Origin: Sedimentisphaerales bacterium
GTDB taxonomy: Bacteria; Planctomycetota; Phycisphaerae; Sedimentisphaerales; SM23-30
NCBI GenBank assembly: GCA_963663805.2
Contig: CAXXMR010000012.1
Location: 96,001 to 160,000 of the forward strand
Length of the DNA stretch: 64,000 nucleotides
Direction: 5' to 3'
Of the stretch, positions 28,199-38,163 are shown piece after piece. The position numbers were made by a program, and so were the translations under genes. The notes under the pieces are model-generated. The model saw only the letters and a list, made by a program, of their open reading frames with translations. It made no database searches and had not been told where the DNA came from. Within the stretch, counting starts at the first letter, position 1, and every line of letters begins with the position of its first letter.

Positions 28199-29869
28199 AT
28201 ACACCCGGTACGCCCCAGAATCACACCCCACTTCAAACTTCTCAAATCGCTGCCAATTATCCATTAACAGCATATCCATAGGCTCATTTGCGCCGGGCAA
28301 AGCGTCCCGCAAAAGCATTACCCCCAGAATCTCACCCGCCTCAAACTTTTCCATGGTCTCCGCCGCCGTAAAACCCATATTCCGCGCCAGCCGTCCCGAC
28401 GCATAATGAACAATAGATTCATTGGCACACAAAATCGGTTCCGGAACTTCACCATGCTCACCAAACCATTCCCCCATAACATAATAGGGCTCATAACCCA
28501 TCAGCATAGGCCCCCGCGACCCAACTATCCGATGCTCCAACATCCCGTAAATCCCCGCGTAACCCAAAAATATCAGCAGGTATACAACCGCGAAACTTTT
28601 AACTATAACCCCCAGCATCTTCCCACTACCCGCGACCAATCCAATAACCAACCCCACCAATGCCAAAACACTATAAATTGCCCCATAACGAATCATAACT
28701 TCCGGCGAAAGCAAACCACGCGGATTATCTGCCAGAGCAATAAAAATTGGAGCAGCCGCCATCAAAAGGGGTACTGAAACACATAGATATGTCAGAACTG
28801 GCCGCCGACCGACCCATTCTACTACCTTTTCCACACCAGCCAGCAAATAAATCAGCAACAGAGGCAGCAGAGGCATAAAAAAACGCACCCCCTGATCAAA
28901 CCAGACACTCATAAGCCCAATGTAACAAAGGAAATACCAGTGACAAAGAGAAGCACGCCGCCGAACAAGAACCCCAAACCCCAGCAGAAGAACACCCCAA
29001 ATCATTACAGCAAAGAAGGTAGCCTTGAATTCAACATTCATTGTTATTTGTGCCACACGCACAAATACAACATAAACCATTTCCTGCCATCTATTTAGAA
29101 CAATCGACGGTATGCTGCCCTCGCCCGTAACCGTCATCCAGTACTCAAAATAATCAACTTGCGGTGCCGCAAAATACAATTTCCACACCAGCCACGGCAT
29201 CGCCACCAACGGGGGTAATAATACCGCTTTCAATAAGAAGCTCACCCGTCCACCCTTGTCAGAAACTGCCCGACTAAAGCAATAGCAAATCCACGCCCCC
29301 GCTAGAACCAAACCAACCGAACGAGTCAGCCACGCCAAGGCACCAAGGACAACCCCGACCGCAATAGCCCGCACACCCTTGTTCTCCTCCAGCAGCACCA
29401 GTGACCAGACCGTCAGACACCCAAACAGCATATCCGAAAGTATGTACATACAATGTTGAAACACCGCTAGATTACCCAACACCAACAATAACACTATACG
29501 AGAACGTGACTTATCGATAAATCGCTCCGCGAGCTTACCAGCCCCGACCGCCAACAGACAAGCCAGAATCAACTGAATTATTTTCATCGAAAGAATGACA
29601 AAACTCTGTTCAGGCGAGATTCTAATGACAACAGAAATTACCATGGCCATAAAGGGCGGATAATAACCGCTTTCAAAACCGTTGAACTCCAGCCCCCTGC
29701 CATCAGCCAGCGACTGACCGGTCCCCAGATATTCACAACTGTCAGGCGTAGGCTTTAACCGCGTACTAAGCCCCAGGCAATATAACAGTACTGTTAGAGC
29801 GACTAACAGATGTAACAGTTTGGAATTTCTAAAGTTCAGCATTTTACTGATTTTTTTATCGACCGTCAT
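28187..29869 (-). CDS. Polytopic GT-C (ArnT/PMT-like) glycosyltransferase
   Basis: PDSCEY, YPPF, ILSDMLF, LTRSVG and RFFMPLLP motifs; more than 10 TM segments. Confidence 0.7.
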   Translation of the reverse strand: MTVDKKISKMLNFRNSKLLHLLVALTVLLYCLGLSTRLKPTPDSCEYLGTGQSLADGRGLEFNGFESGYYPPFMAMVISVVIRISPEQSFVILSMKIIQLILACLLAVGAGKLAERFIDKSRSRIVLLLVLGNLAVFQHCMYILSDMLFGCLTVWSLVLLEENKGVRAIAVGVVLGALAWLTRSVGLVLAGAWICYCFSRAVSDKGGRVSFLLKAVLLPPLVAMPWLVWKLYFAAPQVDYFEYWMTVTGEGSIPSIVLNRWQEMVYVVFVRVAQITMNVEFKATFFAVMIWGVLLLGFGVLVRRRASLCHWYFLCYIGLMSVWFDQGVRFFMPLLPLLLIYLLAGVEKVVEWVGRRPVLTYLCVSVPLLMAAAPIFIALADNPRGLLSPEVMIRYGAIYSVLALVGLVIGLVAGSGKMLGVIVKSFAVVYLLIFLGYAGIYGMLEHRIVGSRGPMLMGYEPYYVMGEWFGEHGEVPEPILCANESIVHYASGRLARNMGFTAAETMEKFEAGEILGVMLLRDALPGANEPMDMLLMDNWQRFEKFEVGCDSGAYRVYLYR

Positions 29870-30188
29870 GCCATTCTTTCTGTAAAATACCTTACCAAAT
29901 CACACGCCAAACCTTAAACGCCCACCAATAAACAAGTTACACCAATCACCAACCACACCCTTCCAACCCCGCCAAAAAAACAACACCTCGCCCAAACTCA
30001 CCCTTGCTAATATCTTATTTTAAGACTAAAATCAGCGGGCACGTTGGTTTAGCAGGCCTGATAAGGCTGTTTCTTTGTTAAACGCTTACGATTGTATGCC
30101 GCCTGGAGGGGCGAAACGGCGTAAGTCGCACAACCCGCGGCTGTGACGACAGCAGAAAAACCCGGCCAGACAGTGAGGACCGTACATC

Positions 30189-31241
30189 GTGATACTTGAT
30201 AGCATTTTAGGATTATTTTCAGTTGATATGGGCATAGACCTGGGAACCTGCAACACCCTCGTCTGCGTCCGCGGGGACGGCATTGTACTGAATGAACCTT
30301 CGGTGGTAGCGGTCAAAAAAGGAACAAACCGAGTCCTCCAGAACGGAAATGCCGTCGGCACCGTCGCCAAGGAAATGCTCGGCAAAACGCCCGGTTCCAT
30401 CACCGCCATTCGCCCTCTCAAAGATGGAGTCATCAGCGACTTTGAAATCACCGAAGCCATGCTCAAATATTTCATCCAGAAGGTCCACGGTAGACGCGGA
30501 TTCCTCAGCCCCAGAGTCGTTATCGCAGTGCCCAGCGGCATCACAGCTGTGGAAAAGCGGGCCGTACTCGATTCCGCCGAACGAGCCGGAGCCCGAAAAG
30601 TCTATCTCGTCCAGGAACCAATGGCCGCCGGTATCGGAGCGGGACTGCCCATCACCGAACCAACCGCATCGATGATTGTGGACATCGGCGGCGGCACTAC
30701 CGAAGTTGCCATCATGAGTCTCGCCGACGTTTCCGTGCGCGAGTCTGTCAGAATGGCCGGCGACGACATGGACGAAGCCATCATCAACCACCTCAAGCGT
30801 ACCTACAACCTGCTCATCGGCGAAGCAAGAGCCGAAAAAATCAAAATCGAAGTCGGCTCCGCCGCCCCCCTGCCAGAAGAACTTACCATGGAAATCTCAG
30901 GCCGAGACACCATCTCAGGCCTGCCTCGAAAAATTGTTATTACCAGCGAAGAAATTCGCGAATCATTAAAAGAACCCATCTCCGCGATCATCGAAGCCGT
31001 AACCCGAACACTCGAAAGAGCCGAACCCGAACTCGCCGCCGACCTGATCGACAACGGAATCTGCCTCGCTGGCGGCGGGGCCCTGCTCAGAAAGCTCGAT
31101 ACCGTAATCAGTAACGCCACCGGCCTTAAAGTCTGGGTCGCCGACGACCCACTTTCATGCGTGGCAAGAGGAACCAGCGTGTATCTGGAAAACCTCGAAC
31201 TCTGGAAAGACACCATGGAATCCGACGATACCAACTTTTAA
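30189..31241 (+). CDS. mreB: Rod shape-determining protein MreB
   Basis: GIDLGTCNT, IRPLKDGVI, VDIGGGTTE and LAGGGALL motifs. Confidence 0.97.
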   Translation: MILDSILGLFSVDMGIDLGTCNTLVCVRGDGIVLNEPSVVAVKKGTNRVLQNGNAVGTVAKEMLGKTPGSITAIRPLKDGVISDFEITEAMLKYFIQKVHGRRGFLSPRVVIAVPSGITAVEKRAVLDSAERAGARKVYLVQEPMAAGIGAGLPITEPTASMIVDIGGGTTEVAIMSLADVSVRESVRMAGDDMDEAIINHLKRTYNLLIGEARAEKIKIEVGSAAPLPEELTMEISGRDTISGLPRKIVITSEEIRESLKEPISAIIEAVTRTLERAEPELAADLIDNGICLAGGGALLRKLDTVISNATGLKVWVADDPLSCVARGTSVYLENLELWKDTMESDDTNF

Positions 31242-31304
31242 GTAACTCAAAAAACAACAGGGTTATCATCGTGGGCACAGCCCGCCTTCACAGAAAAAAC
31301 GTAT

Positions 31305-32207
31305 ATGAACGCATGGAGGCACACACACCGGACGGGGGGCAAGCGGAGATTCATCTGGCTTATGCTGCTGGCTGGACTCATGCTCCTGCTGCCCAAGGCA
31401 ATGACCGACAGAGCCGATAATTTCCTCGCCGCCGTAACTTCCCCTTTCAGCGGACCCACCCGAAATTTGTCTTTAGGAGTAGTCAGTACGGTCGAAGACA
31501 CAACTGCCCGCCGCAAAGTGCCCGCTAAAGACTATCGCCGACTGGTCGAATTGTACAATCAGCATGAAGCACTGCTAATCCAACGCACCGAAGAACTCCG
31601 CCAACAACGAAATTTCAACGCCCAACTTTCCGGGCTCGTACAAAATTTCGGACTGGGCCAGACACTGCTTATTGGTGCAAGAATTACGGGACAGTCAACC
31701 GCCGGCCAGAGACAACTGCTCACCCTGGACCGCGGCTCACTCGAATACGTGACACCCGGCCAAATCGCTCTGGCCTCGCTCGCTCCCAACCAACAAGACC
31801 AAACCGACCAGCCCATGGTGGTGGTAGGAAAAATCCAGCAGACAGGTCTCAGAACCTCACAATTACAGCTTTTGAACGACCCGGAATTCACCCTGCCCGT
31901 TACCATCGAACCAGCCTGGCAACGCGAAGACCGTTTTCAGGCACGCGGAGTACTGCGCGGCAGTGCCCTCGGCGAAATTACCGTTTCAATGGTCTCCATG
32001 AACCATCCCGTCCGCCCCGGCGATGTAGTCGTGGCCCGCAGCGGCCCGGAAACATTACCCATCGGTGTCCTCGTCGGAACAGTCGCATCCTGCAGCCCGG
32101 ATGAAAACAAGTCCATGTTATGGCATATCGTGGTTCGGCCAGCAACAGAACTGCACGAACTCCGCGAGGTGGTGATAGTCAACACCGTTAACGCCGACAA
32201 ACATTGA
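31305..32207 (+). CDS. mreC: Rod shape-determining protein MreC
   Basis: TM-coiled coil-beta domain (LDRGS...GDVVV...LPIGVLVGTV); lies between mreB and mreD. Confidence 0.8.
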   Translation: MNAWRHTHRTGGKRRFIWLMLLAGLMLLLPKAMTDRADNFLAAVTSPFSGPTRNLSLGVVSTVEDTTARRKVPAKDYRRLVELYNQHEALLIQRTEELRQQRNFNAQLSGLVQNFGLGQTLLIGARITGQSTAGQRQLLTLDRGSLEYVTPGQIALASLAPNQQDQTDQPMVVVGKIQQTGLRTSQLQLLNDPEFTLPVTIEPAWQREDRFQARGVLRGSALGEITVSMVSMNHPVRPGDVVVARSGPETLPIGVLVGTVASCSPDENKSMLWHIVVRPATELHELREVVIVNTVNADKH

Positions 32208-32261
32208 ACCCTTTAAGCATCAACAACCCCTGACCAAAAAAAATTATCAAGACATTTTATC

Positions 32262-32777
32262 ATGCGTTGGTTTAATTTCGGAATTCTGGTATTCGTGGCC
32301 CTGCTCCTGCAACTGGCGGTGGTCGATTCAATCGCGCTGGGGCCCCAAAGAATCAGACCCGATCTGCTTTTACTCGTAGCGGTCGTAATCGCCCTGAACG
32401 GCCCGGAAGAACAGGCACCAACCGCCGGATGGATACTGGGCTTATGTAAGGATTTAACCTCAGAGGCAACCTTAGGAAGCTACGCGATTGGCTTTGGCCT
32501 GACGGTTTGGATGATAGTAAAAATCAGGGATCTGTTTCTGCTCGATAGAGCCCTGACCACAATAATCCTGACTCTGATTGGGGCATTTGGATTGGAACAG
32601 TTGGTACTGCTGATAAACTACCTAAAATCAGGCAGCATTGTCGGAGGATACGCCACAATCACCGGAGCGATATTCTTCTCCGCCGCTTTCACAGCTGGAT
32701 TAGCCCCCTACGCCAGATGGCTTATGCTGAAAATGGCCCGATTATTCGGCCTGAGAACCAGACGCGGTTATAATTAA
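32262..32777 (+). CDS. mreD: Rod shape-determining protein MreD
   Basis: Hydrophobic 171 aa with PDLLLL and GWILGLCKDL; follows mreC. Confidence 0.85.
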   Translation: MRWFNFGILVFVALLLQLAVVDSIALGPQRIRPDLLLLVAVVIALNGPEEQAPTAGWILGLCKDLTSEATLGSYAIGFGLTVWMIVKIRDLFLLDRALTTIILTLIGAFGLEQLVLLINYLKSGSIVGGYATITGAIFFSAAFTAGLAPYARWLMLKMARLFGLRTRRGYN

Positions 32778-32804
32778 CCAGGCAACCACGCCTGCAATAT
32801 CCCC

Positions 32805-32987
32805 TCAATTAAAGGGCATGCAGGGTACCGCCGCGGTCAGCTCACGAAGATCCAATGCCAATAGATGGTCCATGTATTCCGTAAGTTCTTCTTCTTCGAA
32901 CTGGGAGAGAAATTCAAAAGAAGCCGTACAATTTAATTCCCGGATTGATTCAATGAGTTCCACTTTGCTCATGGCGGGCGTCTCCAT
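32805..32987 (-). CDS. Small acidic hypothetical protein
   Basis: 60 aa, MSKVELIESIRELN.TA..EFL.QF.EEEL.EY..HL helical pattern; fills the gap convergent on mreD. Confidence 0.55.
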   Translation of the reverse strand: METPAMSKVELIESIRELNCTASFEFLSQFEEEELTEYMDHLLALDLRELTAAVPCMPFN

Positions 32988-33422
32988 TTTTCTGCAATGG
33001 GGGTATTTTTCTGCATTTCCTTGAGCCAGCTCTGCGGGGCAGACTCAATGTGTCATCCTTGACGAAACTTCTTATCGTCAGGGTTCAGCCAAAATCTTTA
33101 GCCCCTGAGACAGTAAAAAAACGGGGAAAATGGTGTCCGATAATAAGCCCTTTGGGGCCTCAAAACCGCTATTTGAAAACAAAAAAAAGTTATCGGAAAA
33201 AAACCCGAACCAAACCGACTGGACAACGAATACAATAGTGTAAGGAGCCCAAAATCGGGGCCAATTGATTGCTCATAAATAAAAATAATCCGACATGGTG
33301 ATTATCGGACAACGGACCGTTAATTAACGGACAACTATGGCATTAGAAATTCGGACAACGTATTCAATCGCAACCGCCGACAAGACCAGTGGAAGTTCAA
33401 ACTCTGGACTTCCGCCGGCCTG

Positions 33423-34418
33423 ATGCTCACCTACGAATGTTCAGGAAAATGTCGATGCTGCTATAATTATTCCGGACCAGACGCCGGAAGCCCCCAAACC
33501 GAAATGTCCGAAAACCAGGCACTCACTTGCTGGGAAGGGCTTTCAATGTTGGCCGGGGAGCGAACCCTGGTACACCTCACCGGCGGTGAGCCGTTCCTCA
33601 ATTATCCCAGATTGGCTCGGATATTACAGCTAAGCAGTGAAAAAGGACTGAGAGGACTCGAAAAAGTCGAAACTAACGCTTCCTGGTGCAAAAATGAACA
33701 AACAGTACGAGAAAAGCTGGAGAAATTACAAGAATTTGGGCTTACCACCTTGCAGTTCAGTACCGACGCGTATCATCAGGAATTCATCCCGCTCGAACAA
33801 GTCAAACTCGGCGTAAAAGTCGCCGCCGAAGTTCTGGGCCAAGACAACGTCCGGGTCAGATGGCAGGAAGACCTCCAAAACGGCACCGGCTGGGGCCTGC
33901 TATCACCCGACGAAATCATCCGCAACGCCCTCAATAAACGCCCCGAAAGACTCCTGGGGCGTGGGGCCGATAAGCTCGCAGGTCTTTTTCCGCTAAGGTG
34001 TTACAAAGATTTTACCGACGAAAATTGTAGAAGCAGCTTGCTGGGCTCGCGCCACGTACACATCGACGGAATGGGTAACGTGTTCCCAGGCACCTGTGTT
34101 GGAATCATTCTGGGCAGGCTGAACGATAATCCCGACAGCCTGGCTGAATTGTGGCGAAGATTCGACTACCGGCAACATCCGGTGGTCTCAACCCTCGCCG
34201 AAAAAGGACCGGTAGGACTGCTCAAAGAGGCTCAAAATATAGGCTATAGAACAGCCGAAGGTTATGCCAGTAAGTGCCATTTATGTTACGAAGTACGTAG
34301 CTTTCTGCGAAAAAATGACAGGTATAAGAAATATCTGGGACCATCAGTCTGTTACGGAGAATGTGAACGCGACGGAGAAAAACAAAAAAATATTAATCGG
34401 AACAAAGTCCACGCTTGA
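33423..34418 (+). CDS. Radical SAM protein with C-terminal Cys motifs
   Basis: CSGKCRCC, HLTGGEPF, VETNASW and C-terminal CHLC; true start uncertain. Confidence 0.85.
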   Translation: MLTYECSGKCRCCYNYSGPDAGSPQTEMSENQALTCWEGLSMLAGERTLVHLTGGEPFLNYPRLARILQLSSEKGLRGLEKVETNASWCKNEQTVREKLEKLQEFGLTTLQFSTDAYHQEFIPLEQVKLGVKVAAEVLGQDNVRVRWQEDLQNGTGWGLLSPDEIIRNALNKRPERLLGRGADKLAGLFPLRCYKDFTDENCRSSLLGSRHVHIDGMGNVFPGTCVGIILGRLNDNPDSLAELWRRFDYRQHPVVSTLAEKGPVGLLKEAQNIGYRTAEGYASKCHLCYEVRSFLRKNDRYKKYLGPSVCYGECERDGEKQKNINRNKVHA

Positions 34419-34519
34419 CGGGCTAGCCGAAAAAGACTAAAAAACACCTTTTGCATTCCGGTTGGGCTTACTCGGCTGCTTCCCAAAGGTGCACTGGCAA
34501 TTACGCTGAGTATATATTT

Positions 34520-35770
34520 ATGGCTGAAAACAACAATAATACCAAAGAGACAAACCTGGATTCCTTGATGGGGAAAATGGCTATCACGGAGAAGCTTTGC
34601 ACTCCGGACGAAGTCAAGGAATGTATCGAACAGGTCAAGGAGCGGGCCCAGAAGGAACAGCCCATGAGCCTGGCAGAAGCACTGGTCGATAAGGGATACG
34701 TCACAAATTCACAGCTGGACCGACTCCAGAATAAAGTCCAGGAAGCACGCCCCTCACATAGAATACCCGGCTACCAGATGCTCGAAAAACTAGGCGCCGG
34801 TGCCATGGCCGTCGTCTTCAAAGCCAAACAGGTCTCACTCGACCGACTCGTAGCCATCAAGGTTCTGCCCAAAAGACTCAGCGAAAACCCTGAATACGTC
34901 GAAAGATTCTACAAAGAGGGCAAAGCAGCCGCGATGCTCAACCATAATAATATTGTCCAGGCCATCGACGTTGGACAAGCCAACGGCCTCCACTATTTCG
35001 TCATGGAGTTCGTTAAAGGTAAAACCGTTTACGATGACATCTGCAACGGAAAACCTTATTCCGAAGCCGAAGCACTCAATATTATCACTCAGATCGGCGA
35101 AGCTCTCGAACACGCTCACGAAAGAGGCCTGATTCACCGCGACGTTAAACCCAAAAACATCATGATTACCGAAGACGGTATCGCCAAGCTCGCTGACATG
35201 GGTCTCGCACGGGAAGCCACCGACACCGCCGCCGCCGAGATGGAGGCAGGCCGGGCTTACGGTACACCTTATTATATCTCGCCCGAACAGATTCGCGGCG
35301 AACGAAATATCGATTTCCGGGCCGACATCTACTCGCTCGGCGCCACCCTTTACCACATGGTAACCGGCAAAGTCCCCTTCGAAGCACCAACCCCCTCAGC
35401 CGTCATGCACAAGCACCTCAAAGAGCCGCTCGTACCACCGGACCACATCAACAGTTCGCTAAGCGTCGGCCTCGCCGAAGTCGTCGAAGTCATGATGGCC
35501 AAAAACCGCGACGAAAGATACAGCAGCATGAAACTCCTGCTGGAGGATTTGCAGGCAGTGCGGGCCGGCGAACAGCCTTTGCAGGCACATCGCAAAATCG
35601 ACAAAAACATGCTCGCCGACCTCGAAAAGGGCGCCGACATCGACGTGGACCTGGAACGCAAGCTGGGACCGGTACCGGGTCTGCTCGGCTGGAAGATGGC
35701 CACCATCATCCTCGCCGGAGCATTGGTCGTCACACTCCTCATAATCATGATTATGGCTACCAGCGAATAA
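34520..35770 (+). CDS. Membrane-anchored Hanks-type Ser/Thr protein kinase
   Basis: LGAGAMAVV, VAIK, HRDVKPKN, DMGLA, GTPYYISPEQ and C-terminal TM; likely start ATG 34520. Confidence 0.95.
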   Translation: MAENNNNTKETNLDSLMGKMAITEKLCTPDEVKECIEQVKERAQKEQPMSLAEALVDKGYVTNSQLDRLQNKVQEARPSHRIPGYQMLEKLGAGAMAVVFKAKQVSLDRLVAIKVLPKRLSENPEYVERFYKEGKAAAMLNHNNIVQAIDVGQANGLHYFVMEFVKGKTVYDDICNGKPYSEAEALNIITQIGEALEHAHERGLIHRDVKPKNIMITEDGIAKLADMGLAREATDTAAAEMEAGRAYGTPYYISPEQIRGERNIDFRADIYSLGATLYHMVTGKVPFEAPTPSAVMHKHLKEPLVPPDHINSSLSVGLAEVVEVMMAKNRDERYSSMKLLLEDLQAVRAGEQPLQAHRKIDKNMLADLEKGADIDVDLERKLGPVPGLLGWKMATIILAGALVVTLLIIMIMATSE

Positions 35771-35803
35771 AAAAAGTTCAAACAAAACCCCAAAACGCCA
35801 GTA

Positions 35804-35944
35804 CCAACAGAAACCAAGCCGTTCACTTCTACCTCATGCCTGCCGTCAAATAAAAAACCTCGACCGCAGGTCGAAACCTCGCTGTTCACTCATGCCTCAT
35901 GCCTAATGCATCTTGCCTTCTTAAATGCCTCCTGCCTGCCGTCA
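35804..35944 (+). repeat. Short repeat element, two sub-copies with CwTGCCT heptamer units
   Basis: GAAACCAAGCCGTTCACT (35810) and GAAACCTCGCTGTTCACT (35873), each followed by TGCCT units and ending TGCCTGCCGTCA. Confidence 0.7.
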
Positions 35945-35986
35945 CCCCCCCCCTCCCAAAACACATTTTCCATATCAGCGGAAATA

Positions 35987-35995
35987 TGGTATAAT
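35987..35995 (+). promoter_or_regulatory. Extended -10 promoter for polysaccharide block
   Basis: TGGTATAAT about 50 bp upstream of ATG 36047. Confidence 0.5.
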
Positions 35996-36046
35996 CCGGG
36001 CCGAAATTTTGTCAAACTTTGTAAGTTGTTTTATTGAGGTGAAGTT

Positions 36047-37137
36047 ATGAAAGTACCCCTGCTGGATTTGAAGGAACAGTATGAAAGTATCAGAAGCGAA
36101 ATCGAGCCTCGAGTTCTGGAGCTGATGGCTAGCCAGCTTTTTGTGCTGGGCAAGGCGGTTTCAGATTTCGAAGAAAATCTCGCATCCCATGGCCAGTGTG
36201 CTTACGGGGTGGGAGTCAGCAGTGGTACGGACGCTTTGATTTGTGCTTTGATGGCGTTGGGAATTGGAACTGGTGATGAAGTTATTGTGCCAACATTTAC
36301 GTTTTTCGGCTCAGCTGGAGCCATAGCCCGGATCGGGGCCCAGCCGGTTTTTGTCGATATTGACCCTGAGACTTATAACATTGACATCGAGTGTACCGAA
36401 GCCGCGATTACATCAAAAACCAAGGCGATTGTGCCGGTGCATCTCTATGGCCAAATGGCCGACATGAAGGAACTGACCGAACTAGCTTCAACTCATAACC
36501 TGAAAGTGGTGGAGGATGCCTGTCAGTCGGTCGGCAGTAAGCAGAATGGCAAGATGCCGGGCGAGCTGGGCGACTGCGCATGCCTGAGTTTTTATCCGAG
36601 CAAGAACCTGGCAGGCTTCGGCGACGGCGGAATGATTCTTACCAACGACCAGGCCCTGGCTCAACGCTGCAAACATCTGCGTATGCACGGCGAGGACAAG
36701 CGTTATTATCATAGTATGGTGGGCGGCAATTTCCGACTGGACGCTTTGCAGGCGGCAGTACTGGACATCAAACTGAAGCATCTGGACCACTGGAAGACAA
36801 AACGGCAGGCACATGCGGCAATTTATAATAATAAACTGAATGACAAGGTCGTTAAGCCGATGATTCGCAAAGGTAACGAGAGTGTCTATAACCAGTATGT
36901 GATTCGTTCGCAGCGACGCGATGACTTACAGAAGCATCTGACAGAAAACGAAATTGGGGCCGCGATATATTATCCAGTCCCCTGCATTTGCAGGAGTGTT
37001 TCGCCTATCTGGGCGGCAAGACTGGCGATTGCCCGGTAGCGGAGCAGGCCTGCAGGGAAGTTCTGGCAATACCGGTTTATCCCGAACTAAGCGATGAACA
37101 GATAGAATTTGCCGCAGATGTGATTAATAAATTTTAG
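36047..37137 (+). pseudogene. DegT/DnrJ/EryC1/StrS aminotransferase with one-base frameshift (possible sequencing error)
   Basis: SSGTDAL, VHLYGQ, EDACQ and SFYPSKNL motifs; after YYPVP the conserved tail LHLQECFAYLG...LAIPVYPEL continues in another frame to TAG 37135-37137. Confidence 0.85.
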
Positions 37138-37188
37138 ATATAAGATAACGTCACGGCCCGCCTTTGAGCGCGCTTTCGGAGCTGAGTT

Positions 37189-38154
37189 ATGAAGGCATTG
37201 ATAACCGGGGGCGCAGGTTTTATCGGTTCGCATCTGGCAGAACGACTGATTGGTCGCGCTGACGAGGTCGTGGTTATCGACGACCTCAGCACGGGTCGTA
37301 TAGAGAATCTGGCCGGGCTTTCGGGCAATGACCGGTTCAGCTTTGTATTTGACTCGGTGCGTAATGAGCAGACCATGTCGCAACTGGTGCAGCAATGTGA
37401 TATAGTTTATCATCTGGCCGCGGCGGTGGGGGTACAGCTTATCGCGGACGAACCGGTACATACCATCGAAACGAATATTCACGGCAGCGAAGTTGTTTTG
37501 AATATGGCCAACAAGTTCCGTCGGCCCGTTTTCCTGGCCTCCACAAGCGAAGTTTACGGCAAGAGTGAAAAAGTGCCGTTTTGTGAAGATGATGACACCG
37601 TACTGGGTTCGACTCGTTTTTCACGATGGAGCTATGCCTGCTCCAAGGCGATTGATGAATTCCTGGGCCTGGCCTACCATGACGAATACGGCCTGCCGGT
37701 AGTGATTGGCCGGTTCTTCAATACTGTTGGCCCGCGCCAGGTGGGCCATTACGGAATGGTTGTCCCGCGTTTTGTGCAATGGGCGCTGGCCGGTGATGAT
37801 TTGCTGATTTGTGGGGACGGTCAGCAGAGCCGGGCGTTTTGCCATGTCTCGGATGTGGTGGACGCGGTAATTCAATTGGTGAATTGCGAAGATGGCTATG
37901 GCAAGGTGTTTAATATTGGCTCGGATGAGGAAATTACCATCGAAGGCTTGGCAAAAATGGTAATTGAACTGACCGACAGCGATAGCCGGATTCGCAAAGT
38001 AAGTTACGAAGAAATGTATGGCCGGCCTTTGGATGACACCCGACGGCGGGTGCCCAGTCTGGAACGGCTAAGCGGAGTAATAGATTATCGTCGGGAATAT
38101 GACCTGCGGGCAACCCTGAAATCAATAATCACGAAAATGCGGCTGGAAAACTAA
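37189..38154 (+). CDS. NAD-dependent nucleotide-sugar epimerase/dehydratase
   Basis: ITGGAGFIGSHL, STSEVYGK, YACSK and RFFNTVGPRQ motifs. Confidence 0.93.
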   Translation: MKALITGGAGFIGSHLAERLIGRADEVVVIDDLSTGRIENLAGLSGNDRFSFVFDSVRNEQTMSQLVQQCDIVYHLAAAVGVQLIADEPVHTIETNIHGSEVVLNMANKFRRPVFLASTSEVYGKSEKVPFCEDDDTVLGSTRFSRWSYACSKAIDEFLGLAYHDEYGLPVVIGRFFNTVGPRQVGHYGMVVPRFVQWALAGDDLLICGDGQQSRAFCHVSDVVDAVIQLVNCEDGYGKVFNIGSDEEITIEGLAKMVIELTDSDSRIRKVSYEEMYGRPLDDTRRRVPSLERLSGVIDYRREYDLRATLKSIITKMRLEN

Positions 38155-38163
38155 GGAATAAAA

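Noticed and set aside
35804..35944. Possible CRISPR array
   Set aside because: Only two degenerate units, no regular unique spacers, no cas genes
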